A DNA stretch of 64,000 nucleotides from Paramecium tetraurelia (lineage: Eukaryota), in assembly GCA_000165425.1 (NCBI GenBank), contig CT868063.1:62001-126000 (forward strand). Direction: 5' to 3'. The position numbers and the translations under genes were made by a program. This document shows, piece after piece, positions 26,001 to 39,956 of this stretch (position 1 is its first letter; every line of letters starts with the position of its first letter). The notes under the pieces are model-generated. The model saw only the letters and a program-made list of their open reading frames with translations. It made no database searches and was not told where the DNA came from.

Positions 26001-29000
26001 GAGTTTAATAGTTAAATATAAGAGTCTATAATCAAGAACAATTAGAGGTAGAGGATAACTTTTAGATTCTCATAATGAATGAGGAACCAACAATATTATT
26101 ATTTACTGAATCTAATTATTTAAGCTTTTCATAACAATTAGTCATATATGGATAAGTGAAAAATATTGATTAGAAAAATCCATTGCTGAAATGGGATTGC
26201 TTTGATCTTACTTAAAATTTTGAATGCTTAACTTTAAATTAGGCCTCATTGATATTACCTGATTCTTAAAATATGACACTCCAACCTTATACTTTAAATC
26301 CCTTTTCGGTTTATAAGTTTACAGCCTCCTTCTTGGATTTACAATAATTTGTAATCGTAACATTAATTGAATCAAGTGTTCCAAAAATTTAATATGAATC
26401 ATACCCAGACATATCTGATGGATATATCAACTTTTATGATTAACTCCTATTTAAGTTCAAATTCCAAGAAATAGTGTAAAACCCTGATTTATTATTGTAT
26501 ACAGGAATATTATCAAATTCGGATTTAGAAGTAAAGCATTTTTAATTCAACTATTTAGAGTTATAAATGAGTCTTTGGCATTATTTTACTATTGATTAAT
26601 TAACAAAATAAATGATATTAAAGATTAACATCCATAGTCCTGATTACTTTTAACCATCTCAAGTTACTATACCATTAAATATCAATATCCCACCTTTACA
26701 ATGCAGGATAGATTTTGACTCTTAGAATGCATCTACAATTTCGAATTTTTCAATTAAAGTAGCTGATTGTTAAGATGATAATATTCCTTTGTAGTATAGA
26801 TTGGTCCTTTATTTTAATCAATCCGATCTAAATTTTGATTATTCCATTAATAAAATTTAAAAAGGAATTATTTTATTCGATTATTAATATAATAATATAT
26901 TCCAAACCAAATTGACAGGTAATGGAGATATTTAATTGATGGTTTAAGTAAAAGACACTCTTAATGGTAAGAGTAATTACACATGGTCATTAAATTTTAC
27001 ATATGTATAAGGACAATTAGCAACATTGCTTATAAATTCTATGTCAATTTCTGAAACATTAATTTATGCAGCCAGTTTAGAATTTGAAGAGAATTCAATG
27101 TCTTTAGAAATATCATAAGTTCTCTCGAAATAAATTCAGTACTTTTCTAGTGGCTAATGCATTTCAGAAAAATAATTGCTGACTTTAAAAACATTAGCTA
27201 AAAGACATAGGAATTGGAGAATTAGTGATATTTAAAACGAATTGATATAATAAAAAGAAAGATTAAGTTCACTTAAATAAGAGTTGGAAAACTTAAATTA
27301 AAATTAATATCAAAAATATGAGCATACATTAGAAGAATTTAAAAAAGCAACTCTATTGGAAGAAACAATAGAGATAGCAAAATACATTAGTGATTTGTAT
27401 GAATTAAATAGAGAACAATAATAGAACACAAGAATTTTGATTAGTGATGAGGAACAATAAGGAAAACTCAATAACAATTACATTGCCATGGATTCAATTA
27501 ATTTAATTAGTGAAATTCAATTTTAAAATTAAATCATAAATGAAAAATTATAAACAATAGTTACAAAACCATTCAACATTTCCACCTAAAAAACTACTTA
27601 AAAAGTATTGGAGTACTTGATAAGTAATTCATTAAATGAACCACAAGCTATTGGATAAGAAGATCAATAAGTTGATTAAAAGTAAGATTTGGAGACTTAT
27701 TCTTATAAAATGGTTAAATACTAAACGAATCCTTACGTTCATGACTCCTATTTTATTAATAATAATGCAGATTCATACAATTACCCCATGTATTAACCTG
27801 AAATTAAATAAATGTCCAACCAAAATCTATTAGAAAATATTACTACTTCTAAAGGTATCAGATATAATTTTGAGACTTAAGATTAAAATCTAATAGTAGA
27901 ATGTGTGGGTAAAGTTAAAGAAAGTTGGAGTGCAGATTCTTGTTCAACAGTTCAGGAAGGTAAAAAAGTAACATGCCAATGTACATATATTTCTTCAACA
28001 ACGATATTGGAAGCAACACAGAAAATACTTGATGAAGCAGTAGATTTCTTTTCGGTTTAAACCATTTAACGAATGCTTGAATGCTCATACTTATCAATCA
28101 TATTTACATATATAGTGATGATTTACACAATATTGTTTCTTTGGTTCATTCTCTATGGGTACAAAATGGATATGCACAAAAATGAAGAAAACTTATTTCA
28201 TTCAACCAAAGTTACTCCTACTGACTGGGACTAAGCAACAGAAAAACCTGCAAGGACAATAAATATTGGAGAAACAGAGTCTGAAAAATAATATCCAGTA
28301 AATGATGGAAATATGGTTAGGAGATAAAGCCAAAAAAAAACTGTATTTAATTACAACGACAGCCACATCACAACTAATGATAAATACTTGAAGCGCCTTA
28401 ATGTTGATTATTATAATAAAACTTTGGCTGCCAGGAAAACAATTGGAATAACTACTAATGCTTGTTCTGAGAGAGTCATGGAAGAAAATGAACCCCAATT
28501 ATCTCCCAAAGATAGAATTCCTAGTAGCATATCCTTTAAAATAGTTTCTTCCCCACTTTCAACTCCTAGATAATCATATTTTAATAACTAAGATTCTCTG
28601 TATGAAAGGTATACCACTTAAAGAATTACCTTAGGCAAAGCCATTCTATCCTATATGGAAGTATTCTATTTATTTAAATCTTAGATAAATCATAAGGTTC
28701 TTAGTTTGTATTATTTATATGATAAGGATTGTTCTAGAATCTATAGAACTATCATTTTATATGTGTCTTTATTGGGGGAGATCAGTATTTTGACATTTTT
28801 TGGGAAAGTAATAATTTATTATAATGTAGATCATTAATTTCAATTCAATAATAGCACTCTCAATTTTATAAACCTTATTTGGAGTCATTTTTAGAAAGTT
28901 ACTTTAAGTATTTCTAAAGTCAGATAAAAGATGCATTAATTATATAGGGTTTAATCTTGTAATCTTAAGTGTATTATTCTTTTTATTTATGATATTTGGC

Positions 29001-29235
29001 AGTGTAGCTAGATATCAATCAGTTTTAGAATCTTCATTATGGGGAGTAGCCTATTTAAGCAGTTTTATATTAGATTATATAGTCTATACTAACTTTCAGA
29101 TTCTTCTTTGTTTCTCAATAATTATCAAATTTGGGAATTAATAAACAGTTAAAGTAATGTATGTGAATATTTTAGAAATATTTAAAAATGTTTTTGAATG
29201 ACAAGGTGTTTATCTAAACGTTTGGAAGTTCATGA
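23008..29235 (+). CDS. large surface receptor: furin-like Cys repeats, REJ-like region, GPS motif, C-terminal TM helices (polycystin-1/REJ-like)
   Basis: Signal peptide; many CxxC repeats (23560-25150); WSADSC...TCQCTYISSTT before first TM; HKVLSLY...SRIYR TM block; several 21-25-nt introns. Confidence 0.8.
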
Positions 29236-29365
29236 TTATATATATTTGTAAATATGTTGGCATGTTTATTTACTTAATAACTATTAAATTATTGATTTAA
29301 GACAAAAATAAATGATTTTATGTTATTTTATTTTATTTGATGTCATAATGTATTAATGTTCATAT

Positions 29366-30656
29366 TCATTGTCCCCAAGAAGCTAATTGTCTCTTAACAT
29401 TATCGTAGTTCTTAAGGGTTTGATCAATCTTTGGTTCAGCTCTTAAGAAATCTTCCTTTGCTCTGATTTTATTATAAACTATATATACTTTTTATCATTA
29501 GCTTGGATGGCAGCCAATTAGTCTTTGCTGAGTGAGATCAATTTCTTCTATCTAAGAGGAATATTATATATAGTTACTCAGCTGGTGAAAGGTTCTAAAT
29601 TTTGCTGACATGTTCTGTGATGGTCTTGAGAATCATATCAATTAAGGGATCATTTTCATAAGTCATCTTTCCTTAAGCCAATCCTCTAAGAGCAGACTTG
29701 AATAAGGCTTTTTTGAATTTCTGGAAGATTGTTCTTAAGATTGGTTTCAAGTGACTTTTGAGCAGCTTCAATGATATCTGAAAGAAGTCTATTTTGATTG
29801 ATCTTAAATTAGTGAATCTACGTACTTATTCAGCTTATTATGCTTATTTAAGAATATTTGAAGATCTCTCTGCAACATGTCTTTGGAGATTTAATTATTC
29901 ATTCATGAGGAACTTAAATATATTTGATAAACACATACTGTATTAATTAATTCTGCTTTAACATCCTTAAATTCCTTATGTAATTATCCATATTCAATTT
30001 ATCCTTTGGCTGCTTCAAGGAGTGTTCTGATTTTGAGTTGCATGTTTTCATGGTAATATTGATCAAGTTAGAAACACTCATTTCCAGCCACTCTTCTGTA
30101 AAATCTAGCAAGCAATGGTTTCATGAATGATTTACGACCTTCCAAGTAGAAGTACATAATTTGCATCCAGAATAGGAATGGCAAGAATGATGATTTAGCA
30201 ATCCAATGAAGATTAGTAGTGCCTGCAGCAAATCCAATAACAATCAAACCACCATATGTAAGAAGGAGGTATTTTCTAGCCACGAGGAAATTTTCATAAT
30301 GTGGGGAGACTTATTCTGGTCCAATAAAGTTGTAAAACAATTCAGATGATTTGATCTAACTTAGGAATTAGCACTTACACCACTCATATTTACAGGGTTG
30401 TGTGGATTGTTGTATGGGTGTTCGAATGCTTTGCCTTGGGGTGCAACATTTGGAGCCTTATTCTCTTTTTCAATAGCTTCACTATCAAAGTTTACAAAGA
30501 CATAGATTACAGCTTTTGATTGAATTGAGTAACATATTCAGCATATTTGCTTTAGAATTTCAAGAAATTCTTTCCTGCAATATCTTTATGTGTAGCTGTG
30601 GCTGTAGCAAAACCAAAGAATCCAAGTCGACCTGAAGATTTTACCAAAAATTACAT
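29366..30656 (-). CDS. mitochondrial ATP synthase peripheral-stalk subunit b (ciliate type)
   Basis: AFEHPYN, FIGPEQVSPHYE, YFYLEG...PLLARFYRR, C-terminal LASWGQ match my recollection of Tetrahymena subunit b. Confidence 0.85.
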
Positions 30657-30673
30657 TTATTTAAATATATTTA

Positions 30674-31671
30674 ATGAACAACGACATCTGTATGTTTGGA
30701 CTGACCAAATCTGGAAAAACCTCAATGATTAGGGTGATATTCTAAAAGTTAGAAATCTACAGAACATTCCAATTAGACCCTACAAATAGAATGGAATCTG
30801 TTCCAGTCAACTTGGGATCTCACATTCATTTTAAGATTTATGAGTTTTCTGGGCATTATGATTTGAATGATCCACAACCACCTGAAATCGCAGCCATGGA
30901 AACATGCAGTCTAATGATCTATGTTATTGATTCTTAAGTAATAAAATGTTCTATGCGCATTTTTATAGGCAGAACCATTTAATGAGGCTGTCTAATATAT
31001 GAGACAGGCCATCCAAACTGTAAAATAAAGGTCTCCACATTGCGAATGTCATTGTTTTATTCACAAAGTAGATCCTGACATCGAGGACAACAAAAAGAAT
31101 GGTAATTTTGACTAATGAGTTTAAGAATTACTGCAATAAATCTAAAAAGACATTTCAGATGAACTATCCAAGAATGGCATGAATTAAATCAAGGTTGATT
31201 TTCATGTTACTTCCATCTTCGACCACTCATACTTGGAACATTTTAGTAAGGTAATCCAAAGGATATTGCCATACTCTTAATCTATTTCAACTTTGCTAGA
31301 TTCATTCAATCTCGCAAGCAAGATAGAGAAATCCTTTTTATTCGAAATCTACTCAAAATTATACTTGGCTAGTGACTCTTAGCATTTTCATAGTACAAAC
31401 TTCTAGTTGTGTTCTGAGATGATCGATGTGTTTATTGACGTGACTTGTATATATGGAAAGTTGGATGATGCTGGCCAAAGCTAAATAAAGTTATCTGATG
31501 GATCTATCTTAATTTATTAGACAGTGAATGAGTAATTTAGTTTGAATATCATTTAGAGGCATTTCGTTAATAAGTATCTTGAAATCGGAGAACTTGGAAA
31601 GACCATTTTTATTGGAATACAATATAAATTAATTCAGATAGGGTTTAGCATAAATATTTAAAATTAAATGA
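30674..31671 (+). CDS. RRAGC/D: Rag GTPase, RagC/D (Gtr2) type
   Basis: GLTKSGKTS P-loop, FIHKVD, TSIFDHS, KLYLASDS, LCSEMIDVFIDVTCIYG. Confidence 0.88.
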
Positions 31672-31710
31672 AACAATAATAATAAAAATTAGTAGTTAAA
31701 TTTCAAATCA

Positions 31711-33094
31711 ATGTACAAAAACTAAAAATACTTCTACGATGCATTAAAAGTACGAGATAATCGTGATCCTACATATAGTGTTAATCTTCCTTCTCATTCT
31801 CCAAAGATGCCATTTAAGCGACCTTTTTAAGCAGAAAACATTAATCGATCAATGGAGAACAACAAGTGTCGTTACTCTGAAAAGCATCTTGATTAGAGTC
31901 CCAATTAAAAATTGAAGCCAGTTGCCCAACCAGCTTATTTTAGTCAAGAAGGTTTGTTACTAACAAGAAATAGCAAATTGCCAAATTACGAACCCACTCG
32001 TTGTTCTAGCAATGAAAATGGTATCATCAGAGCCTATGCTGCAAACACTAACTAAGGGATTGTGAGAGATTACAATGAAGACAGAGTATCCATAATATTG
32101 AATATCGTTAAACCCCAAAATAGACAACATGAGAATTGGCCTAGATGTTCCTTCTTTGGTGTCTATGATGGTCATGGTGGTTCTACCTGTGCAGATTTCC
32201 TAAGGGATAATTTACATCAATTCGTAATAAAGGAATTAGATTTTCCTTGGAATCCCTATGAAGCCCTAAGAAAAGGTTTCGCAGCAGCAGAATAATACTT
32301 CTAAGACTTTGCAATATCTCAATTCAACAAGGGAATAGCTGAAAGAAGTGGCTCTTGTGCAATAGTGGCTTTATTAGTAGGCGATGTTTGTTATGTTGCA
32401 AATGTTGGAGATAGTAGAGCAGTGTTATGTGGAGGCAATAATAAATCAGCATTGCCACTATCACGAGATCACAAGCCTTGTGATGAACTTGAAAAACTGA
32501 GAATATAGAAGGCGGGTGGGAAGATATATTAGTAATCAATTTAATATAAATTAAAGAACTCAACAGTAATAGGACGATCAATAAGTTCTCGTTGGACCTC
32601 TAAGAGTGTTACCTGGAAGACTATCAGTGAGTAGGACTTTTGGAGATATAGAGGCTAAATTAGAAAGATTTGGAGGTAAACCAAATGTTGTGGTAGCAGA
32701 ACCAGAACTAAGAAGCTTTAAAATTCAAGAGGATCATCAATATATTGTGCTTGCAAGTAATATTTTGATATCTAAAGTAGGTGATGGAATATTTGATAAA
32801 ATGTCTTCGAATGAAGTTGTTGAGATCATGACTAAAGAATTAGATGCTAATTCCAATATACATCAAGGCTGTAGCATTGGAGTAGAATAAGTTTTGAAGG
32901 AAAGTATCAACAGGAGAACTTTGGATAATATTACTGTTGTTGTGGTGGCTTTCCAGGGGGAACAAATGAAAAGAACGAAGAATGAGATTGTCAAAAGGAA
33001 TTAAATTAAGAAAACTGTGTAGGCTGTGTTAGGTAATTAGGAAGATTAAGAGAACACTCCTGGATTAATTAATACGTATAAACGATATATTTGA
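31711..33094 (+). CDS. protein phosphatase 2C
   Basis: NEDR, FGVYDGHGG, ANVGDSR, DHKP, LSVSRTFGD, DGIFD, DNITV. Confidence 0.92.
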
Positions 33095-33117
33095 TTTAAT
33101 TAATTTTATTTTGTTAT

Positions 33118-34575
33118 ATGGGTAACAATATGACAGTGAATTGGAGTGAATAATTAAAGCACTCATTCGACTTGTATGAAACCAATTCTTAGCATAATGT
33201 TCTTGGAAATATTGATATTTATTAATATATACCAGACAAAAAAGTCAAAATATTTAGTACGCATGATTATTCAAATTTAATTAGGTAAAGTTGCTTATGT
33301 CCCTGATAAAGAGTATTTCCTCTAAAAAACTAAATTCAAGCATCCAAATTTGCTGAGGGCCTTGGCTCTAGAGAAATGCTCAGGATCATGTAGTGGAGAC
33401 AAAGATTTATACAAAGTCTATTATGATTACCCAGGAATTTAAACTTTGGAAGAGATTATTAATAAAAAGTATGAATTCTCTATTTAAGACAAAGTACTAA
33501 AAAGATTACCGAATAAACCATTTGGAAAATTATATTCTAAGTAGTTGATTGTGCTGAATATTTACAATCTCACTTTAAAACTATTGGTAACATCAATCCT
33601 AAGTCTATCTATAGCTTAAAAGATGGCATCAAAATATTTGTAATCTAAATTATGATGATAGGAAGTTAATCACATTTTTAATATTGAATCCTCTTACGAA
33701 TAAGCACTCAAAAACTAAATTGCCATCTTGTCTCCAGAGCAAATTGATTAGCTGCGAAGAGATATCCTTATTCCATCAGTCAATGGTTTCAAAAGTGATG
33801 TTTATGCATTCGGAATAGTCTTGTTATGTTTGACTACAATGAGCAATTATACTAAATTTTACACTCCCAATTAGGAGTTGGACAAGAATCAGATCTTTCA
33901 AAATATCCAACAGATTAAAATGCAATATTCTGAACTCTTATGTGGTTTGATTTAGAAGATGCTCCTTGAGAATCCTTCAGAAAGATAATCCTGGATTGAT
34001 ATTAAAGTAGCTCAAATTTCTTAATTTAGAGATTCATTGACCCATTCAAGATCTTAGAAGAAAAAGACTAACCATTCTATTCAGACCTGAAATTGTGTCC
34101 TCAAGTCATCAATAAGATAAATAATCCTACTGTTGAATCAGTTTAATTAAACACTCAAACTTCATAAAAATAGGTTCCAATAGTAGTTGTTTCTCCTAAT
34201 ACAACACCCAGAATTACATAAAGTTTTTAATAATTAACAGTGGTTCCAGCACCCACTATTAATTAAATTTATGCTCCTTCTAATACGACATATCCAAATC
34301 AACCAATTTAATAGAGTTTAGAATTCAAAAACACTTCCAGTAGATAAGCAACTATTATAAGTCCCCCTTTAAATTAACCTTCCTAAAGAGGAGGAGCGTC
34401 GCGAAATGACGCATAATAACCTCCTTTTCCTTAAAATTAAAAATCATTTCAAAAACTTCCTATGCCTCCTTAATCAGTACCTTCTTAATCGAGGCCTCCT
34501 TAATCAATGGCCCCCAATTCAACATAAGCGAATACACTTTACAATCCCTATTCAGCAAGGCCAATATAAGGTTGA
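33118..34575 (+). CDS. N-myristoylated kinase-fold protein (probable pseudokinase) with Pro/Gln-rich tail
   Basis: MGNN start; HPNLL, IGNINPKSI in place of HRDLKPEN, SPEQ, KSDVYAFG, MLLENPSER. Confidence 0.75.
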
Positions 34576-35312
34576 TATATATATATATATTCATTGATAT
34601 AATAAAATCATAAAATTTAAAAGAAAAATCACACTCTATAATTTTACTTACTCTGCTCAGTCTTATTTTGTGTTTCTACACTTCTTCTGTTTTTTCTTTT
34701 GTAATAGCCTAAAATTTATCTATCTTCTAATTTAACTAGCATAAGTGTAGAACTATTCTAAATTTCTTATTTCAAAAAGAGATATCAAATTTTGTAAGAA
34801 TTCTTTCATATCAACATTTTTACTTAAATTAATCTGCTAATAAATAGTTTATATAATTATTTCATTTATGATTCTATTATCATTTGAGATTGATTAATTT
34901 TTACAAAAATTAGAATGGCTTAATCTATTTTGCAAAAAAGTTAGTTTTAATGAATTAGTCTTTTTGTCTTTCTAGCTAACTTGTTTTGCTAGTAATTTAA
35001 AAATAATTTGAATTAGTGAACCTATAGTAACTGACATAATGAAAAATAAAGAATATTTTTAAATTATGATAAAACTCCCCTTTATATAAATTAAAAATGA
35101 TTAAATAATTAGAAAGTGGCGATATATCTAATCATGATACTATTATAATAAAATGAGTATATTATTTAATCATTTATAGCGATATAAAACCATAGAACAT
35201 TTCATATATAGTTAATGTATCTAATTTTTAGAAGTAAATCCAACTTTAAAGAAATAACAGCAGTAGTACAATAATAAAAAACACTATCTTTTGGGATTAT
35301 TGAAATAATTAT

Positions 35313-36757
35313 TCAACTCTTTAAGTAAACAACTATGCAAGTAATGTCATCTCTACCTAAACTGTGTCTCTTCCAGGCATTAATAGATTCAGCCATCAAT
35401 CTATCTGCAGCTAAATCAATGTTATCTTTTTCAATAAATGGTATAACTATGTTCATAACATCCTCATTCGAAAGAAATTCCCAGACTCCATCAGATGCAA
35501 TGATAATGCATTAATCATACTAAGTGAGTGTGAATTCAAATATTTCAGGATCAGCTGTGACTCCAGCTTAAGCACCAATTTTATCCCCTAAACTTCTGGT
35601 CATAGCCAACCCTGGAGCATCTATATAAGATAACCAAACTCTTTCAGGTCCTACTGAATTTCCATAATAATCTAAGATAAATAAACTAATAACTAACCTT
35701 TTTGACTCTCTACTCTACCTCCTGCTTAAAGAACTCTTTATTTTTCATCTTCCACATTTGGTTTATGGTCTCTTGTGATTTATATTGCCTTCCAATTCCC
35801 TTCTTGATTCCTACAAATAATGGCTCGAGAATCTCCAACGTTTGCTGTCCATAGCTAGTCCTTTTTCATAATAACAGAGACTGTTGTCGATCCTGACAAA
35901 GATGTATCTGTTTCAGAATCCCATATCTCTTTATTAGTTTATTCGAATGCTTTTTAAATAGCTTTGTTTTTATTGTCTTCTTTGCTTAATAACATTTCGA
36001 GATGCTTGGGTAATGCTTACCTTATAAATTGAGATACTAAATGACCATTTGAGCCATGACCATCACATACTCCAAACATACTGTAACCTAAACTTACTTA
36101 TTTTAAATAAATTTACTTCTCTAAACAATTAGGTAAAACTATCCCAGAATCTTGATTAGTTTTTGACGTTTTATTAGCTAAGCAACCAGCTTTTGTTTTA
36201 CAAGCATATTATCCTCCATTCCATGTTTTTGCCAATAATCTTTTTTTATTTAATGATAATTATCTGTCAGGACTCTATAATCTTCTTTCAGGAGTCACAC
36301 TATTGTAATGAATTATTGCATCTTCCAATCTGATTTTATTATATCTTCAATTATTACTTCAATTATTTTGGTACTTCACTTTTAGCTTCAAGCTTTGGCA
36401 ATCTATTATGGGGTTTGGAAAGATTCAACAATTCTAATTTAATAAACACAATACTTTAATCGCTTTATAAGTCTGTTTTTTTAAAATTAGGTAAACTAGG
36501 AAGAGATACTTTTGAGTTCATTTTTTGTTCAAACTCATCATTCTTATAACGACGTTGCACATTTCCTTTCAGAGTTCTACTATTTCTGATATTGATACCT
36601 CTGAATTTCTAATTGGTTTTCAACTGAAGTATGTTTAGGTGGCTTGAAATCTAAAATAAGAGTTTATAAATTTGATTAATATAGCAGTATCAATAATGAA
36701 TCATATGCTTTCATGTGTACCTGATAAATCTGGGACCTTCTTATTACTGTTGTTCAT
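35313..36757 (-). CDS. protein phosphatase 2C
   Basis: NQDS, FGVCDGHG, ANVGDSR, DHKP, GLAMTRSLGD, ASDGVWE, DDITC. Confidence 0.92.
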
Positions 36758-37971
36758 CTAAATTTATTAAATTAATAAAACTAATTATAATTATACAATT
36801 CATTTCGTTATTTAACAGTATCATAAATCTTTGATTTATATAATGTATAGAAATAAAACTTTATTTTGAAATTCATACATTTCGAATCCCTATTGTAATT
36901 TGTATTAAAGCCTATCAAAATAATTAAGCATCGCTAATGGTTAACATCAATAAGTATGTTTACAATCAATTTATCTCAAGCAACGCTAAAAAATGAAAAG
37001 AAATTTATAGATATATCAATTATTATCACTTTTGAATATGTATAATTGATCAATTATCTAAATAACATTTAGAACTCTTGCATTCTTTATTAACTTAATC
37101 ACACATTTTTTTGCATTGCGATTAGCTCTCTAAAGACTATCTCATTTAAGATTATGCGCATGTATATATACAAATATTAATCTAAGAATCACATTTTGCT
37201 TAGCATTCTTTTACTTTACTAGTAAGAACTAAAATGAATTAATACCATACCTCCACTAATGAGAAAAATCAACATAATAATAAAGACTTTAAAATTCATT
37301 TTATTAATAAATGATAAATATATCATATAATGATTACAAATTGCATTGATATTTGGAACTTAATTATTAAGATACTAATTCATCTTCAATCCTATCATAA
37401 TAGAGATAAATATGCTAATTACGATAAATTTAATTTATTCTTTGATAAACTCAGTTGATTAAATCAATTAAATTTCTAAAATAGTGACTATTTAATTAAT
37501 AAATTTAAATGAAACTTTATATGTTTATTTCTAATTTATGTTCAGAATATTATGAATACAATAATAAATAATAGATTTAAAAAATATACATTTAAAACGC
37601 TAGAAATTTTAGAAAATATTATATCATTTTAAATGTTCATGTATTTATTTTCAAGTAATGGACACAAATTAAATTAAGATTACAAGATTTATATGTTTGA
37701 ATTTGATAAAGGAGATGTAGAATTGAATCATAAGGTAATGCTATTTAAATGCATTTGCAAACACAAACAAAATTTAATAAAATTTATGAACTAATTCTCT
37801 TATTTTATTATAATAGAAGAATTAGTTCAAAAAAGAAAGAAATTAATTAACAGGTTTTTAAAATTTGTATTATAATTATCTGATTTCGAAGTCTATCATA
37901 TTTAATTTGGAACTCATTAATTAGTTAGCTTAACTTATTATATACTAATATATATATTTAAATTATTAAAA

Positions 37972-38238
37972 ATGAATATTTGCTAATGTAGTGATAAACC
38001 TTAAAATAAATTTACAATCATTGTAGAAAACCATGAAAATGATAGAGATTATATAGAGGTAGAACTCAAATAAACGATTTCTGATGTCAAAAGGAGAGTA
38101 TTTAAAAATGTTGACCCTGCGAAATCCTAATTATACTTTAAGAGAACAAAACTTCTAAATAACAGGACAATTCAAGATTGTGGATTGACAAAGGATAGTA
38201 TAGTTTATATCATCTATGGAGACAATATTTCAGAATGA
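37972..38238 (+). CDS. small ubiquitin-like domain protein (88 aa)
   Basis: IEVELKQTISDVKRRV...QLYFKRTKLLNNRTIQDCGLTKDSIVYI matches the ubiquitin fold pattern. Confidence 0.75.
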
Positions 38239-38350
38239 AAAACTAATAGATATGAATAAGAATATATATTATAAGTATTATCATAACTAGATTTTCATCA
38301 ATAATCGTTGGCAATTAAGTCAATAAATAGTTAGTTTAAAATTTAAAAAA

Positions 38351-39925
38351 TCATGTAATATAAACAAAATTCACTTGTATTTTAAATTCAAGATGGTTCT
38401 TCATCATAGAGTTGTTTAATTCTTTAAGATTACAATTGCCCTTTGAGTTGTAAGTTCTCACAGATTAAATCGAAGTAGGATTTTCGATTGAATTCTATTA
38501 AATAAAATATTAATTACAAGTTTATTATAAATCACAAATCCATATGACTAATGGAGATTATTTGCAATTAAAATAAGTGTTAAAATCTAGAGTGTTAGAA
38601 TCATTTTCATAAAGGAAAATAGCATCTAGTTCAACATTTTTAATCATCCTTTTGCCTGTTATAGTATTTTTCATTTCTATTTTTCCAGTTATTAAGGTGA
38701 TTGGTTTTGCTCTATCAACTATATTGTCATTAAACTTCTAAAAGGCCAATTCCATAGGAAATAAAAAGGATTCTCCGATTTCCAGATTAGGAATTGTGAT
38801 TTAATATTAATGTTAATTTTGCAGTTCAATCCACCCTTCACTGTGTATCTCAGAAATCATAATCTTTTCAAATGGAATATTTTATTGGTTGGTTGAGATT
38901 GTAATAGTTACATCATCCCATAGATTGAATGGAAAATTGGCAAAGGTTTACTCCAAACATTTAAACACCTATTATTCGCTATTTATAATATGGTGTTTCC
39001 CAAATCTTAAATTTGTTATGGAGGATAATCGTTTGCTTGCATTTGAATTGCTGAATCCAAATGAGTCGATAGTGAAAATATCATAATTGTACTCTAATTA
39101 CTTTTTAATTTTAGTAAGAGCAATTTCATCTTGACCATCTGAAAAAATGAGAATTCTAGCCCAATTATTTTTATTTTTTCTTTAATTGATAACATCAAAA
39201 GCTACTTCTGTTCCTTTCCATAGTTCTGTTGTCCCATTACATTATAAACCATCAATAACGAATGCAAAATACTCTTGAGTCTCTGATGTTACCTTTTACA
39301 AGCCCGTTAACAGTTTGCCGTCATTGTTGAAACTAATTAAGCATAATCTATCCTATTCTCTTAGATTGGTTAATATTGAATGCAAGATTTGTTTCACATA
39401 GTCAATTTTTTAACCTTACATGCCATTGCCAATGTCAATTAAACAAAACTTATATTGATGAATATTTTACTAAATCTACACCAATCTAATCTAATTCTTC
39501 TAGAGTTTTTGTTCTTAATTATAGCACAATAGGAATAGTGTGTTAGGTTAAATTTAATATATTGGACCCAGGGTTGACAGAGAACATATCAAATTATATA
39601 TCATCATCAAGAGGCTATTTATTTATGGAACTTCTGCTTGGTATACTTTGCTGAGTTCTTTGACTGAATCTATTTTTAGATTCACTTTAACTATTTTTCA
39701 GATCATTATTTTCTTGGGTTTAAGTTTGGAATTATTGAATTAGATTGTGCATTGTATTTGATTTTTGGATAGGATTTTTCTTTTTTGGTTGGAATGAAAA
39801 GGAAGACGATCCTCCATCAGTTTCCAGTAAACCATAACTTCTCCATTTCGAGATATTGTGATCTTAGCCTACTGCACTCCTATAAGCAATTTATTATATA
39901 TTTACTCCGTAGACGAATTTTACAT
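38351..39925 (-). CDS. von Willebrand factor A domain protein (degenerate MIDAS); 3' end approximate
   Basis: CLIDIGNGM, DRLCLISF, GTT, IFSDGQD, IDSFGF. Confidence 0.8.
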
Positions 39926-39956
39926 ATATTTATAATTATTATATTGTTAATAATAA

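Noticed and set aside
34640..35040. Coding-like minus-strand stretch
   Set aside because: Frames broken by TGA with no consistent intron solution and no motif
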